Shown in pieces: positions 28,908 through 37,657 of a DNA stretch of 64,000 nucleotides. Both the position numbers and the translations under genes were made by a program. The first letter of the stretch is position 1; each line of letters starts with the position of its first letter. Source of the DNA: Candidatus Krumholzibacteriota bacterium (GTDB lineage Bacteria > Krumholzibacteriota > Krumholzibacteriia > Krumholzibacteriales > Krumholzibacteriaceae); NCBI GenBank assembly GCA_016932415.1, contig JAFGCX010000011.1:104115-168114 (forward strand), written 5' to 3'. Under the pieces are notes generated by a model. That model saw nothing but the letters and a program-made list of their open reading frames with translations, did not search any database and had not been told where the DNA came from.

Positions 28908-29705
28908 TTATTGCAAAAGGTATTTCAGGGGATCGACATGAAGGTTGTTCTGCGTTACCTCAAAATGCAGGTGTGGCGCGGAACTTCTTCCGGTATTCCC
29001 CGAATAGGCTATCGTCTGCCCCCTGCCGATCCGGTCTCCCTTAATTACTACCAGTCTTTCATTGTGTCCGTAAAGTGTTTTTATTCCATATCCGTGGTCT
29101 ATTTTGACAAAATACCCGTACGTGTCGTCCCATGCAGCCTCTATCACATACCCTGCCGCGGCTGCCCTCACGGGCACTCCCTTTTCTACCCCTATATCTA
29201 TACCGGGATGGTAGTCCTTGTCCTTCTCCCCTCCGGCAATATTATACCCCTTGGTGATATACCCCCTTACCGGCCAGAAGCTCGGTATCGCGCTCATCAT
29301 GCTTGATTTTTCGTTGTCGGTCTCGCCTGCCATATCCAGGTCTCCCGCGCTGGCATGCTTCAGGGCGACACTGTCTCGAGAGCTCAATCCGAGCCCGAGC
29401 AGATTCCTCACCTTTAATTCCATCGCGTGCATCTCTGAAAGGTCCCGCATAAGCTCTCCGATCTTTTCATTCTTTTTCGTCAGCTCGGCGACCTGCCTTT
29501 CGAGTCTTACAGTCTCTCTTGTCTTTACAAGCAACCTCCCGTATGTCAGAACGAAAATCGATACGGTCAGCGCTCCAGCGGCCAATATGACCATGAAAAA
29601 ATAAAAAAGCCTGTATGGGATCTTGTATGTCCTGGTTTTTTTCAGATCGTGAGGAACGATTATCACCGAAAATGTCTCTTTTTCCATTTCTTTTCCCACG
29701 ACCAC
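28908..29705 (-). CDS. Membrane-anchored M23 (LytM) endopeptidase with coiled coil, LmdC/Csd-like
   Basis: Single TM (FYFFMVILAAGALTVSIFVLTY), coiled coil, intact M23 motifs HPGIDIG...D and GNTGRSSAPHLHFEV. Immediately upstream of the bactofilin with a 2-nt gap. Confidence 0.8.
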   Translation of the reverse strand: MVVGKEMEKETFSVIIVPHDLKKTRTYKIPYRLFYFFMVILAAGALTVSIFVLTYGRLLVKTRETVRLERQVAELTKKNEKIGELMRDLSEMHAMELKVRNLLGLGLSSRDSVALKHASAGDLDMAGETDNEKSSMMSAIPSFWPVRGYITKGYNIAGGEKDKDYHPGIDIGVEKGVPVRAAAAGYVIEAAWDDTYGYFVKIDHGYGIKTLYGHNERLVVIKGDRIGRGQTIAYSGNTGRSSAPHLHFEVTQNNLHVDPLKYLLQ

Positions 29706-29722
29706 CCCGAGTGGGCCAGCCT

Positions 29723-30580
29723 TTATATCGCCGTCTCTATCCCCATTATTTTCAGAACTGCCTCAAGATCATCGTCTGAATAGTAATCTACGGTTATCGT
29801 CCCGCCCTTTTTGCCCGGCGTGATCCTCACCCTCGTGCCAAGATGCTTTTCCGCTCTTTCCTCAAGGGCTGTTATCGCCGCGTCTACCTTCCTTGCCGTT
29901 CTTCGTCTTTTTTTCCTTTTCCCGGGCGCTACCTCTATCTCGACTTCCCTTACCGATATCCCTTTCTCAACTACTTTCAGCGCCATCTCGATCCGTTTTT
30001 CATCCCCCTCGACAGCAAGTATCGCCCTGGCATGTCCGGCCTTGAGGCTTCCCTTTTCTATCAGTTCAAGCACCTTGTCAGGCAGGGACAGGAGCCTTAT
30101 CGTATTCGATACCGTCGTCCTGTCCTTACCGAGCAGCTGGGATATCTCTTTGACTGACAGGCCGAATTCATCTCTGAGCGCCTTGTATCCTCTTCCTTCC
30201 TCTACCGGATTAAGATCTTCTCTCTGAAGATTTTCAAGCAGGGCGAAATTCAAAGACTCCCTGTCCTTTATATCCCTGATAATAGCGGGGATCGTCGTTT
30301 TTCCCGCGATCTTCGAACTCCGGAGTCTTCTTTCCCCCATAATGAGCTGGTAGCGGTCGCCTTTTCTTCTTACGACGATCGGTTGGATCACTCCGTTTTT
30401 CCTGATTGATTCTGCGAGGTCCCCGAGCTGCTTCTCGTCGAAATAAGCCCGTGGCTGATACGGGTTCGGCTCGATTGAATCTATTTCCAGCTCCTTTACT
30501 CTTTCCGTTTCCGAGACGCTTTCTTTAAGGTCTTGTGATATAAGCGCTTCGAGCCCCCTGCCAAGCACAGTCCTTTTCAT
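29723..30580 (-). CDS. parB: Chromosome partitioning protein ParB (Spo0J)
   Basis: ParB box GERRLRSSKIAGKTTIPAIIRD and HTH region. 4-nt overlap with the parA stop. Confidence 0.9.
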   Translation of the reverse strand: MKRTVLGRGLEALISQDLKESVSETERVKELEIDSIEPNPYQPRAYFDEKQLGDLAESIRKNGVIQPIVVRRKGDRYQLIMGERRLRSSKIAGKTTIPAIIRDIKDRESLNFALLENLQREDLNPVEEGRGYKALRDEFGLSVKEISQLLGKDRTTVSNTIRLLSLPDKVLELIEKGSLKAGHARAILAVEGDEKRIEMALKVVEKGISVREVEIEVAPGKRKKRRRTARKVDAAITALEERAEKHLGTRVRITPGKKGGTITVDYYSDDDLEAVLKIMGIETAI

Positions 30581-31377
30581 GGGGATCCTCCCCTTTCTTT
30601 TTTCGCCGCGGGGTTCGTCCGCTTCTGTTTCTCTAAAATCTCTCTGGCAAGCATCAGGTAGCTTTTTGCGCCGCTACTCTGAACGTCATAAAGGATAACC
30701 GGTTTTCCAAAACTCGGCGATTCGCTCAGGCGCACATTTCTCGGGATTATACTGTCATAAACCTTTTCCCCAAAATAAGATATCGCTTCATCGGCAACCT
30801 GGCCCGACAACCTCAACCGTTTGTCAAACATCGTAAGCAGCACTCCCTCTATCGTCAGATCGGGATTGAGATGTTTCTGGACCATCCTGATTGTGCTTAG
30901 AAGCTGGCTCAACCCTTCAAGCGCGTAATATTCACACTGGATCGGTATCAACACTGAATCCGCCGCGGTCAACGTGTTCAACGTCAGGAGTCCCAGGCTC
31001 GGCGGACAATCTATTATTATAAAATCATATCTGTCCACAAGCGGCGCGAGAGCGGTTTTCAGTTTTCTTTCCCTCGCAAGCTGTGATACCAGCTCGATCT
31101 CCGCCCCGTTAAGCCTTGGATGGGAAGGGACAAGGTCGAGAAGCCCCGTCTTCTCAATTATATCCTCGACCCTCGTCTTTCCTATAAGCGCCTCATAAAT
31201 AGTCGGTTGTCCATTATCTATCCTTACGCCGAGCCCACTGCTCGCATTTGCCTGGGGATCGGCATCTACAAGAAGGACCTTTTCCTCTATCGCCCCGAGG
31301 CTTGCTCCGAGATTGACCGATGTCGTCGTCTTTCCGACACCACCCTTCTGATTCGCTACTGCTATTATTTTTCCCAT
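30577..31377 (-). CDS. parA: Chromosome partitioning ATPase ParA (Soj)
   Basis: Deviant Walker A KGGVGKTTTSVNLGASLG, ParA family length. Confidence 0.9.
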   Translation of the reverse strand: MGKIIAVANQKGGVGKTTTSVNLGASLGAIEEKVLLVDADPQANASSGLGVRIDNGQPTIYEALIGKTRVEDIIEKTGLLDLVPSHPRLNGAEIELVSQLARERKLKTALAPLVDRYDFIIIDCPPSLGLLTLNTLTAADSVLIPIQCEYYALEGLSQLLSTIRMVQKHLNPDLTIEGVLLTMFDKRLRLSGQVADEAISYFGEKVYDSIIPRNVRLSESPSFGKPVILYDVQSSGAKSYLMLAREILEKQKRTNPAAKKERGGSP

Positions 31378-31413
31378 TGTCTCTCTATCAACCCTTTTTA
31401 TAAAGAGTCTTGC

Positions 31414-32637
31414 TTACGGCTGGCTCATAAGCCATCCCGAATAATCTACATAGATATCCGGTTGCGGTGGCAGGAAGTCAAAGCCGTCATAAATCCTCTC
31501 CTGGATATCACTCTCATTTGTGACTCCCCAGAAGTTATATCTCGCGTCAATACCCGAATCGTTGAAATACTGAAAAAGCATAATGTCGTATCCGCCCGAC
31601 GCCTTATCGTTAAGATATATCGAATTATAGTTTATGACCGGTAGCGCGTAATATGAGATCTTTATCCCGTCGCCGACGTTCGTCGCGATCGTGCACCCTT
31701 CGATTGCCACATCATATATATCTCCCGATCCGTCTTCATCTATTTCGATCCAGATTCCGTATCCCGAGTTATCTCTTATCTCGCAATTGGTTATCTCTGC
31801 GTCAGCATCGAGGATATGTATGCCCCCGGCATTGTCCGAGACCCTGCAGTCTTCGACGGAAATCTCGGATTCTTCAACGTTTACGCCGATCCCTACTCCG
31901 TCATGGACAAATATCGAGTCAAGAACGACATTAGCTCCATCTTCAACGCTGATCCCCCTGACAGCCATCGTTATGTTGGCGTTTAATATGCTGCCCGACG
32001 CATCCGGCCCATCAAAGAGGATCCCTCTCCACACCCCGTCCTCCCCCGGACAGATATTCGGCTTGAAGATGACGGGCGATCCTGCCGTCCCGACAACCTC
32101 AAGCCTCCCAAAGACATTCAACCCTCCTTCTTCCTGATCGATCACAACCGTCACTCCCGCATGTATGCGGAGAGTGGCAGAGGAGCCGACGAAGACCGGT
32201 TGTGGCGAATCTATCATATAAAACGACCCGTTATCTGACAGCTCGGTAATCCCCGAAATGACAGGGAGAGCTTCTCCCACCTCTATCTCCGCGCTGCTTG
32301 TGCTTTCGTCCAACCGGTCTGTGGCCGTCACTTTAACCGTATATATTCCAGGCTCATCCGGCGCTATCCAGACAACCGAAAACCCCTCGCCTGATTCCGG
32401 GTAAAACTCTCCGTATTCAGCCTCCCATAGGACCGTGACCGGATCATCGTCAGGATCAGGGGCGGAACAGTAAAGCTCCACATCCCCCCCAGCCCCGACA
32501 AAACACTTCCCTATCGATATTTTGGGATCGTCAGGTGGCTTGTTATGGAATCCCAGGGACTGGTCGCAGCTTGAAAAGGTAGCCACTGAAAGGGTAAATA
32601 CCCCTAACACAATGAAACAATATGACTTGACCTGCAT
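31414..32637 (-). CDS. Lipoprotein with Ig-like domain and right-handed parallel beta-helix (PbH1) repeats
   Basis: Signal plus lipobox (TFSSC). Repeated GxxVxxNxIxDNxGxGI-type beta-helix rungs (CRVSDNAGGIHILDADAEITNCEIRDNSGYGIWIE...). Lies between rsmG and parA. Confidence 0.55.
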   Translation of the reverse strand: MQVKSYCFIVLGVFTLSVATFSSCDQSLGFHNKPPDDPKISIGKCFVGAGGDVELYCSAPDPDDDPVTVLWEAEYGEFYPESGEGFSVVWIAPDEPGIYTVKVTATDRLDESTSSAEIEVGEALPVISGITELSDNGSFYMIDSPQPVFVGSSATLRIHAGVTVVIDQEEGGLNVFGRLEVVGTAGSPVIFKPNICPGEDGVWRGILFDGPDASGSILNANITMAVRGISVEDGANVVLDSIFVHDGVGIGVNVEESEISVEDCRVSDNAGGIHILDADAEITNCEIRDNSGYGIWIEIDEDGSGDIYDVAIEGCTIATNVGDGIKISYYALPVINYNSIYLNDKASGGYDIMLFQYFNDSGIDARYNFWGVTNESDIQERIYDGFDFLPPQPDIYVDYSGWLMSQP

Positions 32638-32735
32638 TTCCTTCTCCCTGTCAATCAGATGGGGTCCAGATGATTATAGGGTCGCTTTTATGATAAATCA
32701 ATGGAAATCTCTCCCGGGCGGGCGGAAAGGGATGA

Positions 32736-32751
32736 CGTTTCACGTGAAACG
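32736..32751. promoter_or_regulatory. parS site (CGTTTCACGTGAAACG)
   Basis: Perfect 16-bp palindrome whose inner 14 bp equal the parS consensus tGTTTCACGTGAAACa. Upstream of the parAB-containing operon near oriC. Confidence 0.75.
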
Positions 32752-32829
32752 CTGATGATGGAAGCCGGCCCCCCTCCCGGCACCTGTCCGGGCCGTCCCC
32801 GCATTCTTTTCTTCGTCTGTCGGCTCCTC

Positions 32830-32845
32830 CGTTTCACGTGAAACG
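32830..32845. promoter_or_regulatory. parS site (CGTTTCACGTGAAACG), second copy
   Basis: Identical 16-mer 94 bp from the first copy, just downstream of the rsmG stop. Confidence 0.75.
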
Positions 32846-32851
32846 TTGCGG

Positions 32852-33523
32852 TCAGTCCTTTTCTCTTCTGAAGAGCAGCAACGATCCCCTCTCTCCTTCT
32901 GCCGGCTCTGAAAAATCGAGGGTCATCTTCCCAGAATATCCCTCCAGCTCCCATTCCCACTCGCTTCCCTTTATCGTCAGGTACTTTCCGCCCGCGCCGA
33001 GAAGCGATTCAGCAAGAGGGAGGATCGCCGGCAGCCTCCCGGCCGCCTTGGAGATAACAAGGTCGTAAACGGCCTTTCCGCTGTCAAGCGCCGCATCCCC
33101 GCGGGTCCTGGTCCCCTCGAGGCTCATAAGAACGGCCAGCCTTTCAAGAAAGAGAGCTGCTTTTTCCTTCCTTTCATAGAAAGTGATCTCGGTCCCCGGA
33201 GATAGAATCTTCCATATTATCCCCGGAAAACCGTACCCACTCCCTATGTCGGCGACCCTGATTGCCTCCTGATCCTTTTCCTGCTTTCTGGCCAGCGCTC
33301 CCGTCCTTTCGGCGAAATAAAGCATCAGCAGAGAATCGACCACCTGCCTTTCCAGGGATTCACCGAAGCTGCCCCTGGCGACAAGGTGCATCTTTTCACC
33401 CCATTCGATCTGCTCCCTGGCGAAGAGTTTTATTCTTTCGATCCCGGCATCGTCGAGCCTTCCGGGAAAAAGTCCTTCCGCCCTCTCGATGATCTTCTCT
33501 GCTATCTTTGTCTTTTCTGTCAT
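32852..33523 (-). CDS. rsmG: 16S rRNA (guanine527-N7)-methyltransferase RsmG (GidB)
   Basis: SAM-binding motif DIGSGYGFPGI. 4-nt overlap with the mnmG stop. Canonical position. Confidence 0.85.
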   Translation of the reverse strand: MTEKTKIAEKIIERAEGLFPGRLDDAGIERIKLFAREQIEWGEKMHLVARGSFGESLERQVVDSLLMLYFAERTGALARKQEKDQEAIRVADIGSGYGFPGIIWKILSPGTEITFYERKEKAALFLERLAVLMSLEGTRTRGDAALDSGKAVYDLVISKAAGRLPAILPLAESLLGAGGKYLTIKGSEWEWELEGYSGKMTLDFSEPAEGERGSLLLFRREKD

Positions 33524-35433
33524 TTTCCGGTTTTCCCCGTCTCCGGGCCGTTTTCCACTCGTTTTCTGCTTTTTTCCAGAAAGATCATCAGTATCGACAG
33601 GTCGGAATTTCTCACCCCGGTGATCCTCGATGCCTGGCCAAGGGTATGAGGCTTGAATCTCGCGAGCTTTTCCCTCGCCTCGGTGCTCAGCGCTTCCAAT
33701 TCGAACGAAAAGCCTTCCGGTATTACCATCTTGTCCATTTTCAACAACTTGTGCGCTATCCTCTTCTGCCTCGATATATACCCGTCATACTTGACCTCTA
33801 TCGCCAGCATCCCGAGTTCCCTCTCGGAGAGCCCCAGTCCCCTGTCGCCGAGCACTTTTTCTATTTTTTCCGCTCCTATCCCCGGGTGTCTCGCCAGCTG
33901 GATCGCCGGCCTTGCTTCTTTCACCTCAGGGATCTCCACCCCGCCAAAGACCTTGTTTATCTTCGCCGCCGGGATGATCTCCCTTTCCAGCCTTCTTTTT
34001 GCCTTCAGGACCTTTTTCTTCCTCGAGATCATCTCGAGCCACAAGCCTTTGTCGAGAAGCCCGAACTTTACTCCGTACCGGAAAAGCCTTTCGTCGGCAT
34101 TGTCCTGCCTGAGCAGCAGCCTGTGTTCCGCCCTCGAGGTAAACATCCTGTATGGTTCATCGATCTCTTTTGTTATCAGATCATCGACCATGACTCCGGC
34201 GTATGCCATCTGGCGTCCCGGGATAAAAGGCGCCTCACCCCTGAGGGACAGCGAAGCGTTGATTCCAGCCAGGATTCCCTGGGCTGCCGCCTCTTCATAT
34301 CCCGATGTCCCGTTTACCTGCCCGGCAAAGTAGAGGCCTTCGATCCTCTCCGATTCGAGGGACGCGCTGATCTGGTGGGGGGGGAAAAAGTCGTACTCTA
34401 TCGCGTATCCATATCTTACTATTTCCGCCTGCTCAAGCCCTTCTATGGTTCTTATCATCTTTTCCTGGATCTCCGCCGGAAGGCTTGTCGAGAGACCGTT
34501 GATATAGATCTCTTCGGAATCCCTGCCCTCCGGTTCGAGAAATATCTGATGTCTCGGACGATCTGAGAACCTGACGACTTTGTCTTCGATCGAAGGGCAG
34601 TATCTCGGCCCCACTCCCTTTATCTGCCCCGAAAAGAGGGGGGCCCGGCTTATATTGTCCTTGATGATCTCGTGGGTCCTCGCGTTTGTATATGTTATGT
34701 GGCATGAGATCTGGTCGACTTCAAGGGATTTTGTCCTGAAAGAAAAGGGGCTTGGGAATATATCGCCCGGCTGTTCTTCGCATCTTGAAAAATCTATGCT
34801 TTCTCTCCTCAGCCTCGCCGGAGTCCCCGTCTTAAGCCGCCCTCTCTCTATTCCCTTTCTCGCAAGATCGTCGGAGAGGCGGCATGATGGCGGCTCTCCT
34901 TCCCTTCCCCCTGGTATTTTCCTTTCTCCTATATGCATCAACCCGTTAGGAAAAGTCCCGAGCGCCATTATTACCTTCCGCCCCGCTATCCTCTCCCCCG
35001 AAACCGCAACTCCTACGACCTTTCCACTTTCCACGATTATTTCTTCGACCTCCGCCTCTGCCAGATCGAGCTGTTCGGCCAGGACGAGCGCCTCAAGCAT
35101 CCTTTTGTGATATACTTTCTTGTCGGCCTGCGCCCTTGGAGACCAGACCGCCGGCCCTTTGGCCCTGTTCAGCATCCTGAACTGTATCCCCGCCGCGTCG
35201 ATGCAAAGCCCCATCTCCCCTCCGAGGGCGTCGACCTCTCTTACAAGCTGACCTTTTGCCAGGCCGCCGATGGCGGGGTTGCATGGCATCCTAGCTATGT
35301 CGCCCGTATTGATAGTCGCCAGCAGAGTATCGTTTCCCATCCGAGCCGCCGCGAGAGCTGCTTCGCAACCGGCGTGTCCAGCACCAACGACTATAATGTC
35401 ATATCTTTTATCAAGGGTTTTAGTAATAATCAT
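33520..35433 (-). CDS. mnmG: tRNA uridine-5-carboxymethylaminomethyl modification enzyme MnmG (GidA)
   Basis: FAD-binding N-terminus YDIIVVGAGHAGCEAALAAARMG, full-length GidA homology. Confidence 0.95.
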   Translation of the reverse strand: MIITKTLDKRYDIIVVGAGHAGCEAALAAARMGNDTLLATINTGDIARMPCNPAIGGLAKGQLVREVDALGGEMGLCIDAAGIQFRMLNRAKGPAVWSPRAQADKKVYHKRMLEALVLAEQLDLAEAEVEEIIVESGKVVGVAVSGERIAGRKVIMALGTFPNGLMHIGERKIPGGREGEPPSCRLSDDLARKGIERGRLKTGTPARLRRESIDFSRCEEQPGDIFPSPFSFRTKSLEVDQISCHITYTNARTHEIIKDNISRAPLFSGQIKGVGPRYCPSIEDKVVRFSDRPRHQIFLEPEGRDSEEIYINGLSTSLPAEIQEKMIRTIEGLEQAEIVRYGYAIEYDFFPPHQISASLESERIEGLYFAGQVNGTSGYEEAAAQGILAGINASLSLRGEAPFIPGRQMAYAGVMVDDLITKEIDEPYRMFTSRAEHRLLLRQDNADERLFRYGVKFGLLDKGLWLEMISRKKKVLKAKRRLEREIIPAAKINKVFGGVEIPEVKEARPAIQLARHPGIGAEKIEKVLGDRGLGLSERELGMLAIEVKYDGYISRQKRIAHKLLKMDKMVIPEGFSFELEALSTEAREKLARFKPHTLGQASRITGVRNSDLSILMIFLEKSRKRVENGPETGKTGK

Positions 35434-35469
35434 TATTAATATCTGTCTAACAGCTTGTATTACAGGTGG

Positions 35470-36828
35470 TTATTTTCCTATACAAAACCGGCTGAAGATC
35501 GTTTCGAGCAGTTCTCCCGCTATCGACCGCCCCGTGATCTTCCCGAGCGCTTCTGCCGCTTCCCTGATCTCGAGGCTCATTATCTCCGCCCTGCCCTTCC
35601 CTTCGAGTTCTTCGAGCATCCTTTTCAGGCCTCGCGAGCACTCTTTCAGGGCCGCGGCGTGCCTCGAGCTTACCGCGCCATTTTCCCTGACTCTTTCGGC
35701 TATATCTTTCCTTATCGTGCCGGTGTGGATCATATCCCTGAGCCTGGAGATGTTCTCCCCCGTCTTTGCCGACACCTCTATCTCCGGCCCGCTTAGGCCA
35801 CGGTCCTCCGAAGCGATCACTACCCCCAGATCGCGCTTGTTGAAGACTATTATATGGTTCTTCTTCTCTATCCTGGCTATTTCCCTTTTCGTTTCCTCGT
35901 CAAGCCCGGCGCTGCCATCTACAACGAAGAGTATCAGGTCCGATCCTTCGGCAGCCTTCCTTCCGATCGATATTCCCCTCGCTTCGATCTCGCACCCCGT
36001 TTCCGCGATCCCCGCCGTATCTTCGAGAAAATATGTGAATCCGCCGATATGGATCCTTTCCCTGAGAAGGTCCCTCGTAGTCCCCGGAATAGCAGATACT
36101 ATAGCCCTTTCCTCACCCAGTAGCGCGTTGTAGATGCTGCTTTTTCCCGCGTTTCTCGGCCCCAGCACTGTCACCCTGATGCCCTGCCTGAGTTTTTTCC
36201 CGGCGATCTCAGACTCTATCATTCCTTCTATCTCGCCGATCGCTCCGTCGATATTCTCGCGAAGAATCTCACTGTCGTATGTCTCGATATCTTCTTCCGA
36301 AAAATCGATTGAAAGCTCGATCAGGGCAAGCTGCCGCAGGAGAATCGCCTCTATGTCTCCTATCTTTCTTGACAGCGACCCTTCAAGCTGTTCGAGCGCG
36401 ACGCGTCCCTGGAGCTTTGTCTCCGCCGATATAAGATCAACGACCGCTTCGGCCTGTGCCAGGTCGAGCTTTCCTTTCAGGTAGGCTCTTTTCGTGAATT
36501 CTCCCGGGCCGGCGATCTCCGCGCCAAGCCTGACCGCTTCTTCTATGATCGAGGAGTAGACGTAGATGCTTCCATGGCAGGATATCTCTATGACATCCTC
36601 TCCCGTATATGAATTCGGCGCAAACATCGCCGTGACGAGGACCTCGTCGATCTGTTCGCCGGTGGAATTTTTTATGATCCTTTTGTATACCCTGTGTGAT
36701 TCCCGGCGGCCAGCCGGATCCGCCATCGAATCGAGGATTCCGAGCGCGTCGGGTCCCGAGATCCTGATCACGGCTATTCCCGAGACTCCAGGCGGAGTAC
36801 TCAGGGCAACGACAGTGGTTCCGTCCAT
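35470..36828 (-). CDS. mnmE: tRNA modification GTPase MnmE (TrmE)
   Basis: G-domain motifs (GPRNAGKSS, DTAG), C-terminal CIGK motif. Confidence 0.95.
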   Translation of the reverse strand: MDGTTVVALSTPPGVSGIAVIRISGPDALGILDSMADPAGRRESHRVYKRIIKNSTGEQIDEVLVTAMFAPNSYTGEDVIEISCHGSIYVYSSIIEEAVRLGAEIAGPGEFTKRAYLKGKLDLAQAEAVVDLISAETKLQGRVALEQLEGSLSRKIGDIEAILLRQLALIELSIDFSEEDIETYDSEILRENIDGAIGEIEGMIESEIAGKKLRQGIRVTVLGPRNAGKSSIYNALLGEERAIVSAIPGTTRDLLRERIHIGGFTYFLEDTAGIAETGCEIEARGISIGRKAAEGSDLILFVVDGSAGLDEETKREIARIEKKNHIIVFNKRDLGVVIASEDRGLSGPEIEVSAKTGENISRLRDMIHTGTIRKDIAERVRENGAVSSRHAAALKECSRGLKRMLEELEGKGRAEIMSLEIREAAEALGKITGRSIAGELLETIFSRFCIGK

Positions 36829-36831
36829 ATT

Positions 36832-37533
36832 CTATTTTCTGCCAGACCGGTTCGATTTTCTCTCCCGGCCCTTGTCCGCGGAGACAAAGACCTTTCTCAT
36901 CTCCCCGTTCCCGACGGTATAAGTCGTTATCCCTTCCATCCCGGCGAGTGTCATATGGATGATACGCCTCTCGGACGCTTTCATCGGTTCGATTCCGACT
37001 TCCCTCTGCGTCTTTTTAGCTCTTTCGGCCGCTTTCTCAGCTTTCTGCCTGAGGATCTCCTGCCTGTTCTTCAGGTATCCGCCAACATCGACAGTCAACC
37101 TCTGGTATCCGCCCATCTTCCTCGACACGATCCTCCCGATCAGGTGCTGAAGCGAGTTCAGCGTGTCTCCCTTCCTGCCGATGAGCAGCCCGTCGACACC
37201 AGCCGTTTCTATATTTATATATGTCGAATCGTCTATCGTGTCAGAAAATATCCTGTACCCGACATCCAGCCCTTTCATTATAAGCCCGGTGACTTCGTCG
37301 GCTACCTCCTCTATCCCCTTCGATCCATTTTTCATCGACACCTTGACTCTCGCGCTCCTGGCGCCGAAGATCCCCAGGACCCCCTTCTGTCCGGGATCTA
37401 TTATCTCAATATCTACATCTTCTATTTTCGAACCAAGGTCTTTCAGCGCCTTCTCCAGCGCTTTCTCTACAGTCTTTCCCTCTACCTCTACCGGTCTGCT
37501 ATTTATTCTTTCCTGTCTCCCGTGCTTTTCCAT
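36832..37533 (-). CDS. jag: Jag/KhpB RNA-binding protein (Jag_N, KH, R3H)
   Basis: KH and R3H domain signatures. Canonical position between yidC and mnmE. Confidence 0.8.
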   Translation of the reverse strand: MEKHGRQERINSRPVEVEGKTVEKALEKALKDLGSKIEDVDIEIIDPGQKGVLGIFGARSARVKVSMKNGSKGIEEVADEVTGLIMKGLDVGYRIFSDTIDDSTYINIETAGVDGLLIGRKGDTLNSLQHLIGRIVSRKMGGYQRLTVDVGGYLKNRQEILRQKAEKAAERAKKTQREVGIEPMKASERRIIHMTLAGMEGITTYTVGNGEMRKVFVSADKGRERKSNRSGRK

Positions 37534-37657
37534 ATCTGTCTCTCCTGCATCTTTCTTTTATATCCCCGGCCCATCTTTTCCCGTCCGGCGCCGCTCTCGG
37601 GCGCTTCGCGCTGAGCCGTTATCGATATTTCCCCGGGGCTTTTTATCCGCCCCATTG

